Source: Amphiscolops sp. MND2022 (lineage: Eukaryota). Taken from it: DNA of 64,000 nt. Made by a program: the position numbers and the translations under genes. Shown here one piece after another: positions 12,366 to 23,106 of this stretch. Numbering within the stretch: position 1 is the stretch's first letter; every line of letters begins with the position of its first letter. Location: NCBI GenBank assembly GCA_964187785.1, contig OZ076409.1, positions 95,048,001 through 95,112,000 on the forward strand, given 5' to 3'. Under the pieces are notes generated by a model, which was given only the letters and a program-made list of their open reading frames with translations, was not told the origin of the DNA and ran no database searches.

Positions 12366-14745
12366 TGAGACATAAATGTTCCGATTTAAACCAATATGAA
12401 AGAAATTGAGTGACAAAATCACTGTAAAAATGCTTCTGAAAATCGTCAAAGTGGACATTTATGCATTAATTGCCACTTTTGGACAATCATGTTTTGACAT
12501 TTGAACCAAAACGCGAAAAGACTCCATTTGTATGATTATAAGCATTATTATCGTTCAGAAAATTTTGATTGAAAATCAGGCAATAGAATAATTGTAAACG
12601 ATTCCCTAGCAGTAAGAATTTGATGCTGAAAATGTCAAAAAAACGTTTCGTACGTCTAATCAGTTTCTAACTCGTACAAAACTTGAATGAACGTGGAACA
12701 AAAGCGCTTCATTGAGAACGAATATACTCAAGGATAAAATTCATAAAATCAGAATCTTACTAAAAAACATTCGAGCAACTATTCCGGCAAGGTACAACCC
12801 AAAAACCCGGAGAGCGTACTTCGAATAAAAATTCGAAAGAAAAAGAAAAATCCTCTCAGATCATTCGTCTAGGAACATATTGGTGAAGTCGCCTATCGAT
12901 CAATTATGTGAATAAGAAGTGCACAGTGAATACACAACTTGGTGCCTGTCACTAACTTGATTGGTATTGCTGTGCAGAGTCGAGTTATGTAGGATCGAAA
13001 AGTTTTCAAAGTTATCCAGTTTCGAATTATGATTTGGTTTTATCCGGGATCGAAAGAGACGAAGATTTCATTATTATTACACCATACCTTTAGTACCCTA
13101 AATGCAGTAGCAAAGCGAAGCGGAGCGACGTGCCAGTTTCTTCTAAGCCACAATGTAGAAAACGATTTTTTTCGGGTCGATATACTTGGTTTTGTTGAGT
13201 TGCATCCTTCGGCTGTGACGTCTTTACTAGACTTTATTTCAAGACTGGAAGAAGACAAGTTTCAATGCTATAACTTTCTCACTAGCTCACAGTACTTTCT
13301 AACAAATTTCCATAACGATGCCATGCCTCGCAGCATGTTAGTATCTCAGAATCCATTATTGTCTTAAACCGTTGCAGAATTTGTTTCCAGTAATACCTTG
13401 CCCAACAACCCGCCACGCTTCCTGATTCCGTTGCTTATAACACTAGGTCAGTTTGAGACGGAATTGGATCTCTTCAAGTGCGCTTCTCTCGCTTGCCTTC
13501 AAAAATGCTAGAATTTTACCTGATAGTCCTGACGAAACTCACCTCAAGCAACTTATGAAGTCATATAATCTTCAACAATTGATGTTTCTGCCTGGAGGAT
13601 CTGATGTTCTCGATCGACATTGCGAACAAGCTTGGATAATATTAAATCGTTTTTTTCTTGAAAATTCTTTTACCAATAACCGCCCCCGGTTCTATTACAA
13701 CAAATAGTATTTCAAAATGATAAGATAGGATCCGAGTTGTTAAAACGAAGGAATACCTTGACAAACGCTGTTTATTCGAATAGCCAGTTCCAACTTATTC
13801 CCTCCTTCAGCACTTTTTGAGTGCAAGTCGATCGCAGCCTTTGAACTGGGTACCTTGCCTTAGCCGGTCAAATCAAACTGATTCGTCTTACATTAAACAA
13901 ACAGAAATTTTTGACTCCATAAAAATGCTATCGATGCGTATGAAGGAAAAAACAACTTTCATTACCATCACGTTATCGTCGGTCCCCCGGGAACTGGTAA
14001 AACTTTTCTATTGCTCTATTCAGCCCTTTATGCAACATCTAAAGGATTCTATTGCACTTTAACTTCATTGTCTGCAGAGACAGCTTCCCTTTTTGGCGGT
14101 CTACACATCCATTCTAATGCCGGTTATCAACAAACGAAAACCATTCAGTCGGAGATCTTGCTAGTTTTGGAATTACCAAACTGTCTGGAGACCCCATTTC
14201 TTCGGCCTTCATTCAAAAGTTGGACGTTATTTTGTCGAAGAGCTGGGATGATATCTGCAGAGCATTTTTCAGTTGTAGATTTGATTTACCAGCACATACG
14301 AGGTCGTCGGTTGCCATTTGGTGCTTCTAATAGGAACAGGTGACCCGAAACAGTTGAAACCACCCAGTGGATCTCTTCTTTGGATGAGTCCATTAAATTT
14401 GACAACCTTTAGGCTTTATGCACTCACTGAATTTGTTAGAACGGACAGAAGTGGTGACGGACAGAAGGCACTAAGGTTGATGTGTGAAGCTCAAAGTACT
14501 GAACAGGCTGCAAATGAGATTGCGCAAGTGCTACCGGAGTCCTGCAATTTTGTTGATGACTGGAATTTGTAATTGCTTATCGTCCTGGTTTTATTCCAGT
14601 TTTCGGCACCCGTGCAGCGAAACGTGAGGCTGTGAAAATGGTTTTTACAAAATTGAAAAGAATCACACGATTGAAAAATATCACTCTGTCATGCGATCAA
14701 TACACTACCACTGGCACCACCAATTGGAAAAAGGGAACCCCGAAC
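12366..14745 (+). repeat. Tandem unit 2 (2380 bp): Pif1 helicase pseudogene segment
   Basis: Identical head-to-tail junction ccccgaac|tgagacat at 12365/12366 and 14745/14746; the ORF track repeats the same peptides. Confidence 0.95.
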
Positions 14746-15076
14746 TGAGACATAAATGTTCCGATTTAAACCAATATGAAAGGAATTGAGTGACAAAATC
14801 ACTGTAAAAATGCTTCTGAAAATCGTCAAATTGGACATTTATGCATTAATTGCCACTTTTGGACAATCATGTTTTGACATTTGAACCAAAACGCGAAAAG
14901 ACTCCATTTGTATGATTATAAGCATTATTATCATTCAGAAAATTTTGATTGAAAATCAGGCAATAGAATAATTGTAAACGATTCCCTAGCAGTAAGAATT
15001 TGATGCTGAAAATGTCAAAAAAAACGTTTCGTACGTCTAATCAGTTTCTAACTCGTACAAAACTTGAATGAACGTG

Positions 15077-15123
15077 AGTAGTATACGTTGGTAGGGGTAT
15101 TCGCACACTTTCGTTTCTCCCTA
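15077..15123 (+). repeat. Polinton left TIR (47 bp)
   Basis: agtagtatacgttggtaggggtattcgcacactttcgtttctcccta. Confidence 0.97.
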
Positions 15124-15695
15124 CAGTTTAACATGGAGTTTTTGCAATTTTCTGCAAAAGGTAACCATATAAGGTAACAATTCTCAGCTAGGGCCACCTC
15201 TAAGTTGTGCGGGAGCGGGTAGAATCATTTAGATTAACAATTTGAACTGTATTCGCAATCTGATGATGTCTTTTTACACTCTTAAAACTTATAACTGAAC
15301 AGGCAGTGTAGCTCTAGTGCTTAAACCCGCTGCAGCGGGCTCGATGGTTCCGTGATCGAGCCGCACCCTAAGCACTAATCCTGCACTATCATTTTGATGG
15401 AAATCAACAATAGAATTGACCCTGAAAATTAAACACGCAGAGGTTAAAATACCAGATTTATTTTGACACTTCGCCACGCTAATCAATAAATTTTTCCAGT
15501 CAAATCAATTGTGCGTACCAAAAATATCGTGAGAAAGTTGCAATCAAGCCGGTGATTAATCTTTTCCAATTCAGACGCTAATATGACTTTTTGATTTTTT
15601 CCCACCAAAAAGATGACATATCACAAGTCGATTGAAAATAAAAACCGAGTCCAGAAGTTGCATTTCATTTCAACTGAAAGCCTTGTCAGTACATC

Positions 15696-16589
15696 ATGAC
15701 TTCCACTACAAAAGAATTTTCCACTGAACGTATGAGATACCTTCTATACGAGACAAACGAAGTCTTCACATAAAAAACCTGGGACTCTTCTGATCAAGAC
15801 GACAGTGTGACAGAACCCATACCCAAAAAAGAATACAATCCATTGAGAAACACAACCCATTTGGTCGAAAGTCTCAAAAAATTCCTCGAATGGGTTATAG
15901 ATTACTCCAACTTGGAATTTTGCGTGGCTCTGCATGCGAAGGAAGACGACGCAAACGAAATGGATATTTGCCAGAGTTATGGAAGACTGCACTATCACGT
16001 GATACTCCATAGTGTGAAATTTCCCAAAACCATGGATAAAATTATCAAAAAGAACTTTACCACTGCCCTCGAGGAAACCATGAACTCGCAGAACAACTAC
16101 AGAATTGAAATGTTCAGCACAAATAGTTCATCTTTTCGAAGAGAATTTTTGAGAAACACAAAAACTTTGGTGACACATGGGCCATCTATTCAACAGCACT
16201 TGAAGGGATTGAATCATACAAGCAGCCGCAATCACGTTGACTGTATCTGGGACAAATGTCAAAAAACTGGGCGGTATGAAGCAAGCCGCGACACAATCAT
16301 CGATCGAACTAAAATTCTAGACAACGTTGAAGAGTTGGAAAAATCCGCCAGTCAGTTCAAACATGTGATACCCGATATCGTCAACTTCCTCACCCAAAAC
16401 AGCTATGGATCCTTCACCAACTCCCAACACAGTTCGGTTTTAAAAGTATCACTCGACCTGACCGACGCTCAATGTTGCTGCCACGACTGCTGCTTTCCCG
16501 AAAAACAAACTCCGGAGAGCAGAAACTATCAATTCATTGACGAAGGAACTGTCCTGTTTGAACAATCATTTGATGATATATTCAGCTAG
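15696..16589 (+). pseudogene. Polinton accessory gene with an HUH-like motif and Cys-rich C-terminus; premature TAA at 15771
   Basis: ATG 15696 is in frame with the 260 aa ORF. Motifs GRLHYHVIL and CCCHDCC. Function unassigned. Confidence 0.5.
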
Positions 16590-16619
16590 ATTTCAGTTGC
16601 TAAAAATTTGCTTTCAATC

Positions 16620-17041
16620 ATGTTGTTTCCTGAGTATCTTGATATACAACAAGTAATAAAAACTTTGATGAACTAGTAATTATTTTCCCACAAAATAAGG
16701 TCAGCAAAAATGCTTTTCTCGCAGTGTGTCAGGTTATTGACCCAACACGGGACCTGGCAGCAATAAATGTAGAATGTGAGTACGGAGGCTTAATAGGGCC
16801 AGGCAACAGTTTCCTACATCCTTTGCTTCAGAAATTTAAACTTTTCCGTGTTCACGCGGCCTTTCATGATGCATTTGGTTTCATGAAAGAAAAGTATAAT
16901 TTGGGACCAGGATATGTTTACACATTGGGTGAGGAACCATCATTCAAAAACAGCTGCCTGTTGGGTCATTTCAAAGGCTTGTTTCTTTGGATGTATCTAA
17001 AACTGACACAATCACAGATTTATTCCGAGTTGCCATTTTGA
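16620..17041 (+). pseudogene. Phospholipase A2-like Polinton protein (5' frameshift)
   Basis: YGGLIGPGNS resembles the parvoviral PLA2 calcium loop (YLGPGN) and HAAFHDAFG resembles the catalytic HD helix. ATG 16620 is out of frame with the main ORF. Confidence 0.5.
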
Positions 17042-17057
17042 CTAGTAAGCATTCCAA

Positions 17058-17345
17058 ATGTCAGCTGCTAGCTCCAAGCTACCAAACACATCACTGCAGC
17101 TTTCATTGAATTCGAAAGTTTTCATACAATATAATCATCAGAATCATTTTTGCATTTACCTCGAAAAGATTGATTCTGGTGTCTGTCCGCTAAACAATTA
17201 CAGGTTGAGACACCTAGTTCCACTCACTTTGGAAGAACTTCTCCAACTATCGGAAGCATCGAAAATTCTTTGTTCAACCCTAGAATACAACTATAATCTT
17301 TCTAAAAAGCGAGAATACCCAGATGCCAAACCATCTCGCAAATGA
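17058..17345 (+). CDS. Polinton hypothetical protein (95 aa)
   Basis: ATG ORF tightly packed in the co-oriented gene cluster. Confidence 0.5.
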   Translation: MSAASSKLPNTSLQLSLNSKVFIQYNHQNHFCIYLEKIDSGVCPLNNYRLRHLVPLTLEELLQLSEASKILCSTLEYNYNLSKKREYPDAKPSRK

Positions 17346-17634
17346 AAAAGCTAAGGATCAACCAGACACACCAATATCTGTTACTGGAGGCAGTCTGATT
17401 TTTGACAACGACGAAAACGAGAGACCTCCGTGGAAACTTCAATGCTGTTGTATTAGAAAAGAATGTGAGCGATCGCTCCTAGTCTTATTACTGCATTATT
17501 TTATCGTCTTTTTGGTAGTGGCAGCAAGTATAGGGTTCTTATTCCTCAAGCAGAGCGAAAACAAGGGCAGCATAGGAGTGGTTGCCATCATATCAGCGTG
17601 CTTAGGCTATATAATTCCGCCACCGAGAGAATGA
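17323..17634 (+). CDS. Small two-pass membrane protein upstream of the ATPase
   Basis: WKLQCCC followed by two hydrophobic helices ending SACLGYIIPPP; its stop overlaps the ATPase ATG (ATGA). Confidence 0.7.
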   Translation: MPNHLANEKAKDQPDTPISVTGGSLIFDNDENERPPWKLQCCCIRKECERSLLVLLLHYFIVFLVVAASIGFLFLKQSENKGSIGVVAIISACLGYIIPPPRE

Positions 17635-18260
17635 ACAAAATAATCAGCACAGATCCCCACTGTTTTCTCATGGTAGTTGGACCCAGTGGCTCGGGAAAAA
17701 CTTACTTAGTCTCGCAGCTTCAACCCATTTATCAAGAACTGCAAGTGTTACTGGGACCAAAAACTTTTCATCTTTGTCAAGGTGTTGACTGGTCTCTACT
17801 GGACAAGGCATCGGCGTCAAACCAACACACTCTCGTCATTTTCGACGATGTCTATCAAGAAGTAGCTGCCGCGGAAGAGTTTTTGAACCTCGTGATTTCC
17901 GGCCGACATCAGAAACTACATCTGCTGGTCCTGAAGCACAATTTGTACCAGCAGTCAACAAACTCCAAAACGATTGATCTGAATGTTACACAATTGTTGT
18001 TGCTGAGGAACCCACGAGACACTAATCAAATTGACTACTTGGGACGACAACTTGGTTGCCGAGAACTTTTACTCAATTCGTATAAAAGAGCAACGCAAGA
18101 TGAGTTTGGTCATTTGCTCATCGATCTGGATCCCCGGCTGAATGAAAACTTGCGTTTTTCTTCAAACATAGTTTCTAAACCAGCCATTTATTACTGTAAC
18201 ACTTCAAACTCGACAGCAATAAACATTGATGATTCCTTCACAACATCTTTATACAATTGA
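17631..18260 (+). CDS. A32/FtsK-like genome packaging ATPase
   Basis: Walker A GPSGSGKT, Walker B VIFDD, arginine finger GRH, C-terminal GHLLIDL. The segment after Walker A looks shortened by an in-frame deletion. Confidence 0.92.
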   Translation: MNKIISTDPHCFLMVVGPSGSGKTYLVSQLQPIYQELQVLLGPKTFHLCQGVDWSLLDKASASNQHTLVIFDDVYQEVAAAEEFLNLVISGRHQKLHLLVLKHNLYQQSTNSKTIDLNVTQLLLLRNPRDTNQIDYLGRQLGCRELLLNSYKRATQDEFGHLLIDLDPRLNENLRFSSNIVSKPAIYYCNTSNSTAINIDDSFTTSLYN

Positions 18261-18588
18261 GTTGTTCTCATCTTTCAAACCAATACTAAAAAGACATTTC
18301 ATCTTACATTGAAGTGACGATATAATAAAACTTTTCTGCAATTGCCTTTTCAACATCAAAGAAGGAGCGATAGAGCTCAAAAATGTGAAACCTAATACTC
18401 TCAAGAAAAATAAACTGCTCATTCAACAGCTCTGTTCACCTAATATCAGGTTGGCTGTGAAAAGAGAACTACTGGCGTCCAAGCAAGGACAAAGTCATTT
18501 ACGCTTGCTAAAAACTTCAATATTAAGATATCTGAAACTACAGTGCTATGAGCAAGCCAACAAAGCGGTTTGTACTTGTGCCAGCTGA
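18229..18588 (+). pseudogene. Small basic Polinton protein following the ATPase; in-frame TGA at 18310
   Basis: MIPSQ...LH*SDDIIKLFCNCLFNIKEGAIELKNVKPNTLKKNKLLIQQL...KRELL reads in one frame and resembles the small conserved protein usually found after the Polinton ATPase. Confidence 0.6.
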
Positions 18589-19201
18589 TGTGTACTTCAA
18601 CCAAGGAGAGAAGGCCATTAACGGCGGCTTAATTGCTCAACCATCAGTAGCAACATCTGAATCGAAAAGGGCCAAGTTTTCCGAACAAGACCTGAAAGAA
18701 GAACTTATCAAGGAAGAAACACATCGCGAATCACCTTTGGAGGTGACCACAAAAGCGAGTCAACTCTATGTTCTAGATCGACTTGCGCCGTCGAATCGTA
18801 AAGAAGCAATCGATCAGAATAAATTGTGGAACATAAATAACAAAATACAAACAATCATTAGTAAATTGATCGAGCTCGGCTTTAGCAGCAGCAAGTTGGA
18901 AAGATCACGAATTATATTACAATCATTTTTCAAAAATTCGCGACTGTCTCTTAACGAATTGCTGGAAATACAACTGGACGGCAGTCCAACACAGGTAAAC
19001 CTCCTAGCATTTCTGAGTGACCTTCAAGTTGCCAACAAAAAACTGGGTGAAGCATCACTGAATGTGCTGCGTATACTTAAAATCACAACTAAACACATCA
19101 TAGCAAATGTCAAGGCAAAAGAGGTGGTGTCGTCAGCGGGACAAAACGATTCGACATCGAGTTCACTTTCTTCTTCGACCTTGTGGGTCGAGCGCTTCTG
19201 A
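18548..19201 (+). CDS. Polinton conserved hypothetical protein upstream of the integrase (217 aa)
   Basis: Intact ATG ORF overlapping both neighbours; motif LSLNELLEIQLDGSPTQVNLLAFLSDL and a terminal WxxF. Confidence 0.7.
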   Translation: MSKPTKRFVLVPADVYFNQGEKAINGGLIAQPSVATSESKRAKFSEQDLKEELIKEETHRESPLEVTTKASQLYVLDRLAPSNRKEAIDQNKLWNINNKIQTIISKLIELGFSSSKLERSRIILQSFFKNSRLSLNELLEIQLDGSPTQVNLLAFLSDLQVANKKLGEASLNVLRILKITTKHIIANVKAKEVVSSAGQNDSTSSSLSSSTLWVERF

Positions 19202-20387
19202 TGACGGCCAATTAGCAGCAGAACTCATCAATCAACTCTTGATTCGAGCAGGAATTGAATTAAATCCCGGACCTCTCAAATGTAATTGCTGTAAAAAGCT
19301 TTTGGGCAAAAGTACGAAAAAGGCACCAACTGTTTGGTGTCACGTTTGCGGATGGGTACACTTCAAGTGCAGTGGCTTAAACACACCATTGGATTATCAA
19401 AAGATTACCAATTTTCGGTGCCCGTGGTGTGCCACCAACACTAGATTCGCAAACGAAAGTTCAGACCCGGCACTTTTAACATTGCACAAACTCTACACTT
19501 CAACAAGCAGTCACGCCGCTTTCGGCTCGAGCGAGGTTTTGAGGAAGGCAGCAGCAACAAAAGGAATCAAGAGAAAACAAGTTGACAAATTCCTTTCACA
19601 GAGCGAAACGTACACCAAGTTCCGCGCTGGTATACACAAGTTCACCCGGCTTAAAGTGCAATCTTACCGAATCAATGAAATTTGGTCTGGTGACTTGGCA
19701 GATGTGCATCAATTAGCAAAAAACAACGACGGCAAGAAATTCCTCTTGGTTTTTGTGGATTGTTTGAGCCGATTCCTCCGCGTGGAAGCAATTGAAACCA
19801 AGTCAGCGACGCAAACAAGGACTGCACTACAGCGTTTGATACGGAAGCGAAAACCAGAAAAGATTTGGGTGGACAAAGGAAAAGAATTTAAGGGCGAATT
19901 TGCCAAGCTATGTGCAGAGAAAAACATTACAGTATATAGCACCCACAGTGAGATGAAATCATGTTTGGCCGAGCGCTACATTCGAACTCTCAAGTCAATT
20001 TTATTTAAATATTTGCATGAGAACAACACCAGTCGATACATTGATCAACTCCAAAACTTTGTTAACCTCATCAATTCTCGACCTAACAGGAATACAAAGA
20101 TTGCTCCGAAAAAAGTGACAAAGAAAGATGTACCGTACCTCGTTTCGTTATCAGCCAATGCCAACCCTGTGAAAAAACCACGGTATAAGATTGGTGATAC
20201 AGTAAGGATTCGATTGAAAATCCCCACTTTCCACAAGGGCTATAAAATTCAGTTTACAGAAGAAATATTTGAAATTGTAGCCAATCCGACACTGAACCCC
20301 CCGACGTACACAATAAAAGACAAGGACGGCCAAGTAATCGAAGGAAAATTCGACGAGGCAGAATTAGTTTTATTTCGTTACAGTTGA
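19107..20387 (+). CDS. RVE (retroviral-type DDE) integrase with N-terminal 2A-like peptide and PHD finger
   Basis: Catalytic WSGDLAD, WVDKGKEF and AERYIRTLK; C-terminal YKIGDTVRI...FHKGY...FTEEIF. LLIRAGIELNPGP ends at 19274; C4HC3 pattern at 19281-19430. Start codon uncertain. Confidence 0.93.
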   Translation: MSRQKRWCRQRDKTIRHRVHFLLRPCGSSASDDGQLAAELINQLLIRAGIELNPGPLKCNCCKKLLGKSTKKAPTVWCHVCGWVHFKCSGLNTPLDYQKITNFRCPWCATNTRFANESSDPALLTLHKLYTSTSSHAAFGSSEVLRKAAATKGIKRKQVDKFLSQSETYTKFRAGIHKFTRLKVQSYRINEIWSGDLADVHQLAKNNDGKKFLLVFVDCLSRFLRVEAIETKSATQTRTALQRLIRKRKPEKIWVDKGKEFKGEFAKLCAEKNITVYSTHSEMKSCLAERYIRTLKSILFKYLHENNTSRYIDQLQNFVNLINSRPNRNTKIAPKKVTKKDVPYLVSLSANANPVKKPRYKIGDTVRIRLKIPTFHKGYKIQFTEEIFEIVANPTLNPPTYTIKDKDGQVIEGKFDEAELVLFRYS

Positions 20388-20416
20388 GTAGGTAGCTAGA
20401 TGACCTTGTACCTGCA

Positions 20417-21262
20417 ATGGAACAAACTTTTACAATCAATTTAATTTCCAATGCTTCCATGCAAGTGTTTCCTGCAAACACTATGGCTCAATTCACAACA
20501 TTATTACCCCATAGAATTGAACTAGCTGGAGACTGGGAAGTTGCCATTCTAGAGGCATCTTGGCCGGCCAAAGTTAAAAACATTACAAGCGCCGCATTTA
20601 CGTTGAGTTGCTTCGACAAAAAGTCAAAGAGACCAACAAGACCGAAACATAATGGAACGATACCAGACGGCTATTATCCAAACGTCGACATTCTGATGAC
20701 TAAACTGATACAATCAGTGTATCAAAGAAACGACACAAACTTCCCAGTTAGTTGGAAAGTTGATCCAGTCAGCGGGAAAATTGAAGTTTTTTTCCACAGT
20801 CAAGAGTTGGAAGATCAATTTTGGCTCCTGTTCAAGTCAAGCGATCTGTCAAACACACTCGGAATCACCGACACGATTTGTTGCACAATTCAAAGCCAAC
20901 TTGAAAAAGGTTACGCCGTGCAAGGCACTTACCCGGTCGATCTACAGGGTGGTCGGCACACAATGTTTTTATACTGCGATTTGATTCAAAACGAAATCTT
21001 GGGTGACGATCAAACAGCTCTTTCGAGGGCCATACCGTTGAACCAAAGAGATGCTGTTTCCAATGCAACATGCTACAGAAACTTTCACAAATTGCAGTGG
21101 AAAAAACTGACAAGGTCAAATTTTTAATCAATAACGATAAGACTCTGCGATGAAAGCGGCCAGCTGATGCCTTTCGTCAGTATTGGACGGAACAATCTCA
21201 CGCTAGCTTTCCGTCGCCGCAGCGGCCACTCGTCTTCATTCAACTCAAATCAACAATTCTGA
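20417..21262 (+). pseudogene. Minor capsid protein (penton); premature TAA at 21125
   Basis: N-terminal FTINLISNAS...FPANT...FTTLLP...LAGDWEVAI and FLYCDLI. Read-through gives the expected C-terminus SITIRLCDESGQLMPF...LTLAFRR. Confidence 0.88.
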
Positions 21263-21295
21263 ACAGTTGCTAACTAAAAGACCAAAACACAATCT

Positions 21296-21736
21296 ATGGA
21301 TGCTTACTATGCTTCGCAGAGGACATTCCACGGACCAGCAAGGCAATTCGGTTCCGGGGCAGGTCTGGGAGCCTTTGCAGTTCGCGTGGGACGGACTGCC
21401 ATGCCGCTTTTGAAAAAATACGTCGCCCCAATAGTCAAACAAGTAGGCCAAAATGTGCTGGAAGCCGCTCTACCCGAAGTGGCCAGTCTCATTTCAGGCA
21501 AAAAGAAGACGAAGAGGGCGATCAAGGATGTCGCCAAACGGGTGATAGCAAAAACTATTGAGCCGAGTGCCGCGGCGGGCGGCGGTCGGGCGGGCGGCGC
21601 AGCTAGAAAACGAAAGCATGCTGAGTTGTTGAAAGCTCCGTCAACAAAAACAATCATTTCGAACAAAAAGACCCCCAAGAGAAGTCGGGCAGACATTTTG
21701 ACCAAAGTGAGATTTGCCAATTCTTCCAACAGTTGA
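21296..21736 (+). CDS. Basic core/DNA-condensing protein between penton and hexon
   Basis: QFGSGAGLG...RTAMPLLK...GQNVL motif, Lys/Arg-rich, in the usual Polinton position. Confidence 0.7.
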   Translation: MDAYYASQRTFHGPARQFGSGAGLGAFAVRVGRTAMPLLKKYVAPIVKQVGQNVLEAALPEVASLISGKKKTKRAIKDVAKRVIAKTIEPSAAAGGGRAGGAARKRKHAELLKAPSTKTIISNKKTPKRSRADILTKVRFANSSNS

Positions 21737-21741
21737 AGGGA

Positions 21742-23088
21742 ATGAGTGCCAGCACACCCAATTCAATACAATTTCATAGCCGAGCAAGCGATGTAGCTCA
21801 ACCAGTAACACACAGTGCACTAGACTTTTTTGAAAAACCTTCAGTCTTGATCAATTACGAAGGGTCCCACGACCAAGAAGTTTTTCCACAAGTGGGGTGT
21901 CGAGGACCACAATTGGATTTTGTAGTTACCTCCGACAATAGAAACCTGGTTGATTTGAACAAAATAGTCTTGGACATCGACTGTGCCATCTATAAAGCCG
22001 ATGGGAAAACGCCTGCCGAGAAGTTCTTCCTGTATGTTTTGCAAACAACACGCTACATAGTTTGTTCTCTCACGCCGAGGTTTTTCATTGACGGCATATT
22101 GGTTTCATCGAGCAACAATGCATACCACCACGCAGCATTCATCGAGACGGAAATGACGACCGACCTTGATGCGAAAGCAACTTGGGCTCGATGTCAAGGC
22201 TACGAGTACCAGGCAGACAAAACATCAGAGGAAGAGTTAGCCAAGTGGAAAAATGAAAAATACGAGCAGGCAAAAATCTCGAAAAACAAATTACGACTGG
22301 TTGGAGCGCCCCATATTGACTTTTTCGAATGTGAAAAAATTCTTTTGCCAGGAATTACACTTCACATACGCTTCCACAGATCAAGCAACGACTTTGTACT
22401 AACATCTCTAGACAGCAGCAGTGATGATGAAAAGTTTGTTGCAATTATTGAAAGGGCATCACTGTTCGTCACCAAAATGGTCGTGAAGGACTCTGTGCGA
22501 ATGTCCATAGAAAAGGCGTTGGTAAGTAGTCCTGCCCATTACCCCTACATTGAGACATTAAATAAAAGTTTCATCATTCAAGCAGGACAAAACAGCTTTG
22601 TGAAAGAAAATATTTTTGGAACGGAACCAGTCAGACGTCTCACTTTGTGCATGACAACAAACGAACAATTCCGAGGAACTAGGAACGCAGATGCCTTCCA
22701 TTATAAACCGTTTGGCTTGCAGAGACTAGAAATTACTCGTGGAAATGGGGTCCCAGTCCCAGGTAGTCCGCTGGACATGAGGAATGGAAAAATGCGAGCC
22801 TATTACAACACAATATGTTCACTTGGCTTTGCTGCGGGTAAAGGAGGAAACGGAATCGCTTACAAAAATTTTGACGATCATTTCGTTCTGGTATTCGATC
22901 TGACCTCTAGCAGAGAAGCTTCCAAAAGTCTCACCTTATTTCCTGAACTAACAGGAGGTAGTCTCACGTTGAAGTTAACTCTTGAGCAACAATTGGAACA
23001 AACAATTGAGCTCTTCCTCATTGCGGAAAAATTTAGTCAAATTTTCATTACATCCGAAAGAACAGTTTTCAAAAACACGGTATTGTAG
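21742..23088 (+). CDS. Major capsid protein (hexon, double jelly-roll) with a locally frameshifted segment
   Basis: SALDFF, LDFVV...VDLNKI, SNNAYHHAAFIET, HIDFFECEKILLPG, FVLVFDLT, GSLTLKL. The conserved NNTLHSLFS lies in the -1 frame at 22020-22085. Confidence 0.9.
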   Translation: MSASTPNSIQFHSRASDVAQPVTHSALDFFEKPSVLINYEGSHDQEVFPQVGCRGPQLDFVVTSDNRNLVDLNKIVLDIDCAIYKADGKTPAEKFFLYVLQTTRYIVCSLTPRFFIDGILVSSSNNAYHHAAFIETEMTTDLDAKATWARCQGYEYQADKTSEEELAKWKNEKYEQAKISKNKLRLVGAPHIDFFECEKILLPGITLHIRFHRSSNDFVLTSLDSSSDDEKFVAIIERASLFVTKMVVKDSVRMSIEKALVSSPAHYPYIETLNKSFIIQAGQNSFVKENIFGTEPVRRLTLCMTTNEQFRGTRNADAFHYKPFGLQRLEITRGNGVPVPGSPLDMRNGKMRAYYNTICSLGFAAGKGGNGIAYKNFDDHFVLVFDLTSSREASKSLTLFPELTGGSLTLKLTLEQQLEQTIELFLIAEKFSQIFITSERTVFKNTVL

Positions 23089-23106
23089 CTGTATCAAGTC
23101 ACACTA

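Noticed and set aside
15771..21127. Stop-codon reassignment or programmed read-through in Polinton genes
   Set aside because: In-frame stops are of mixed types (TAA, TGA) and co-occur with frameshifts, which fits decay.
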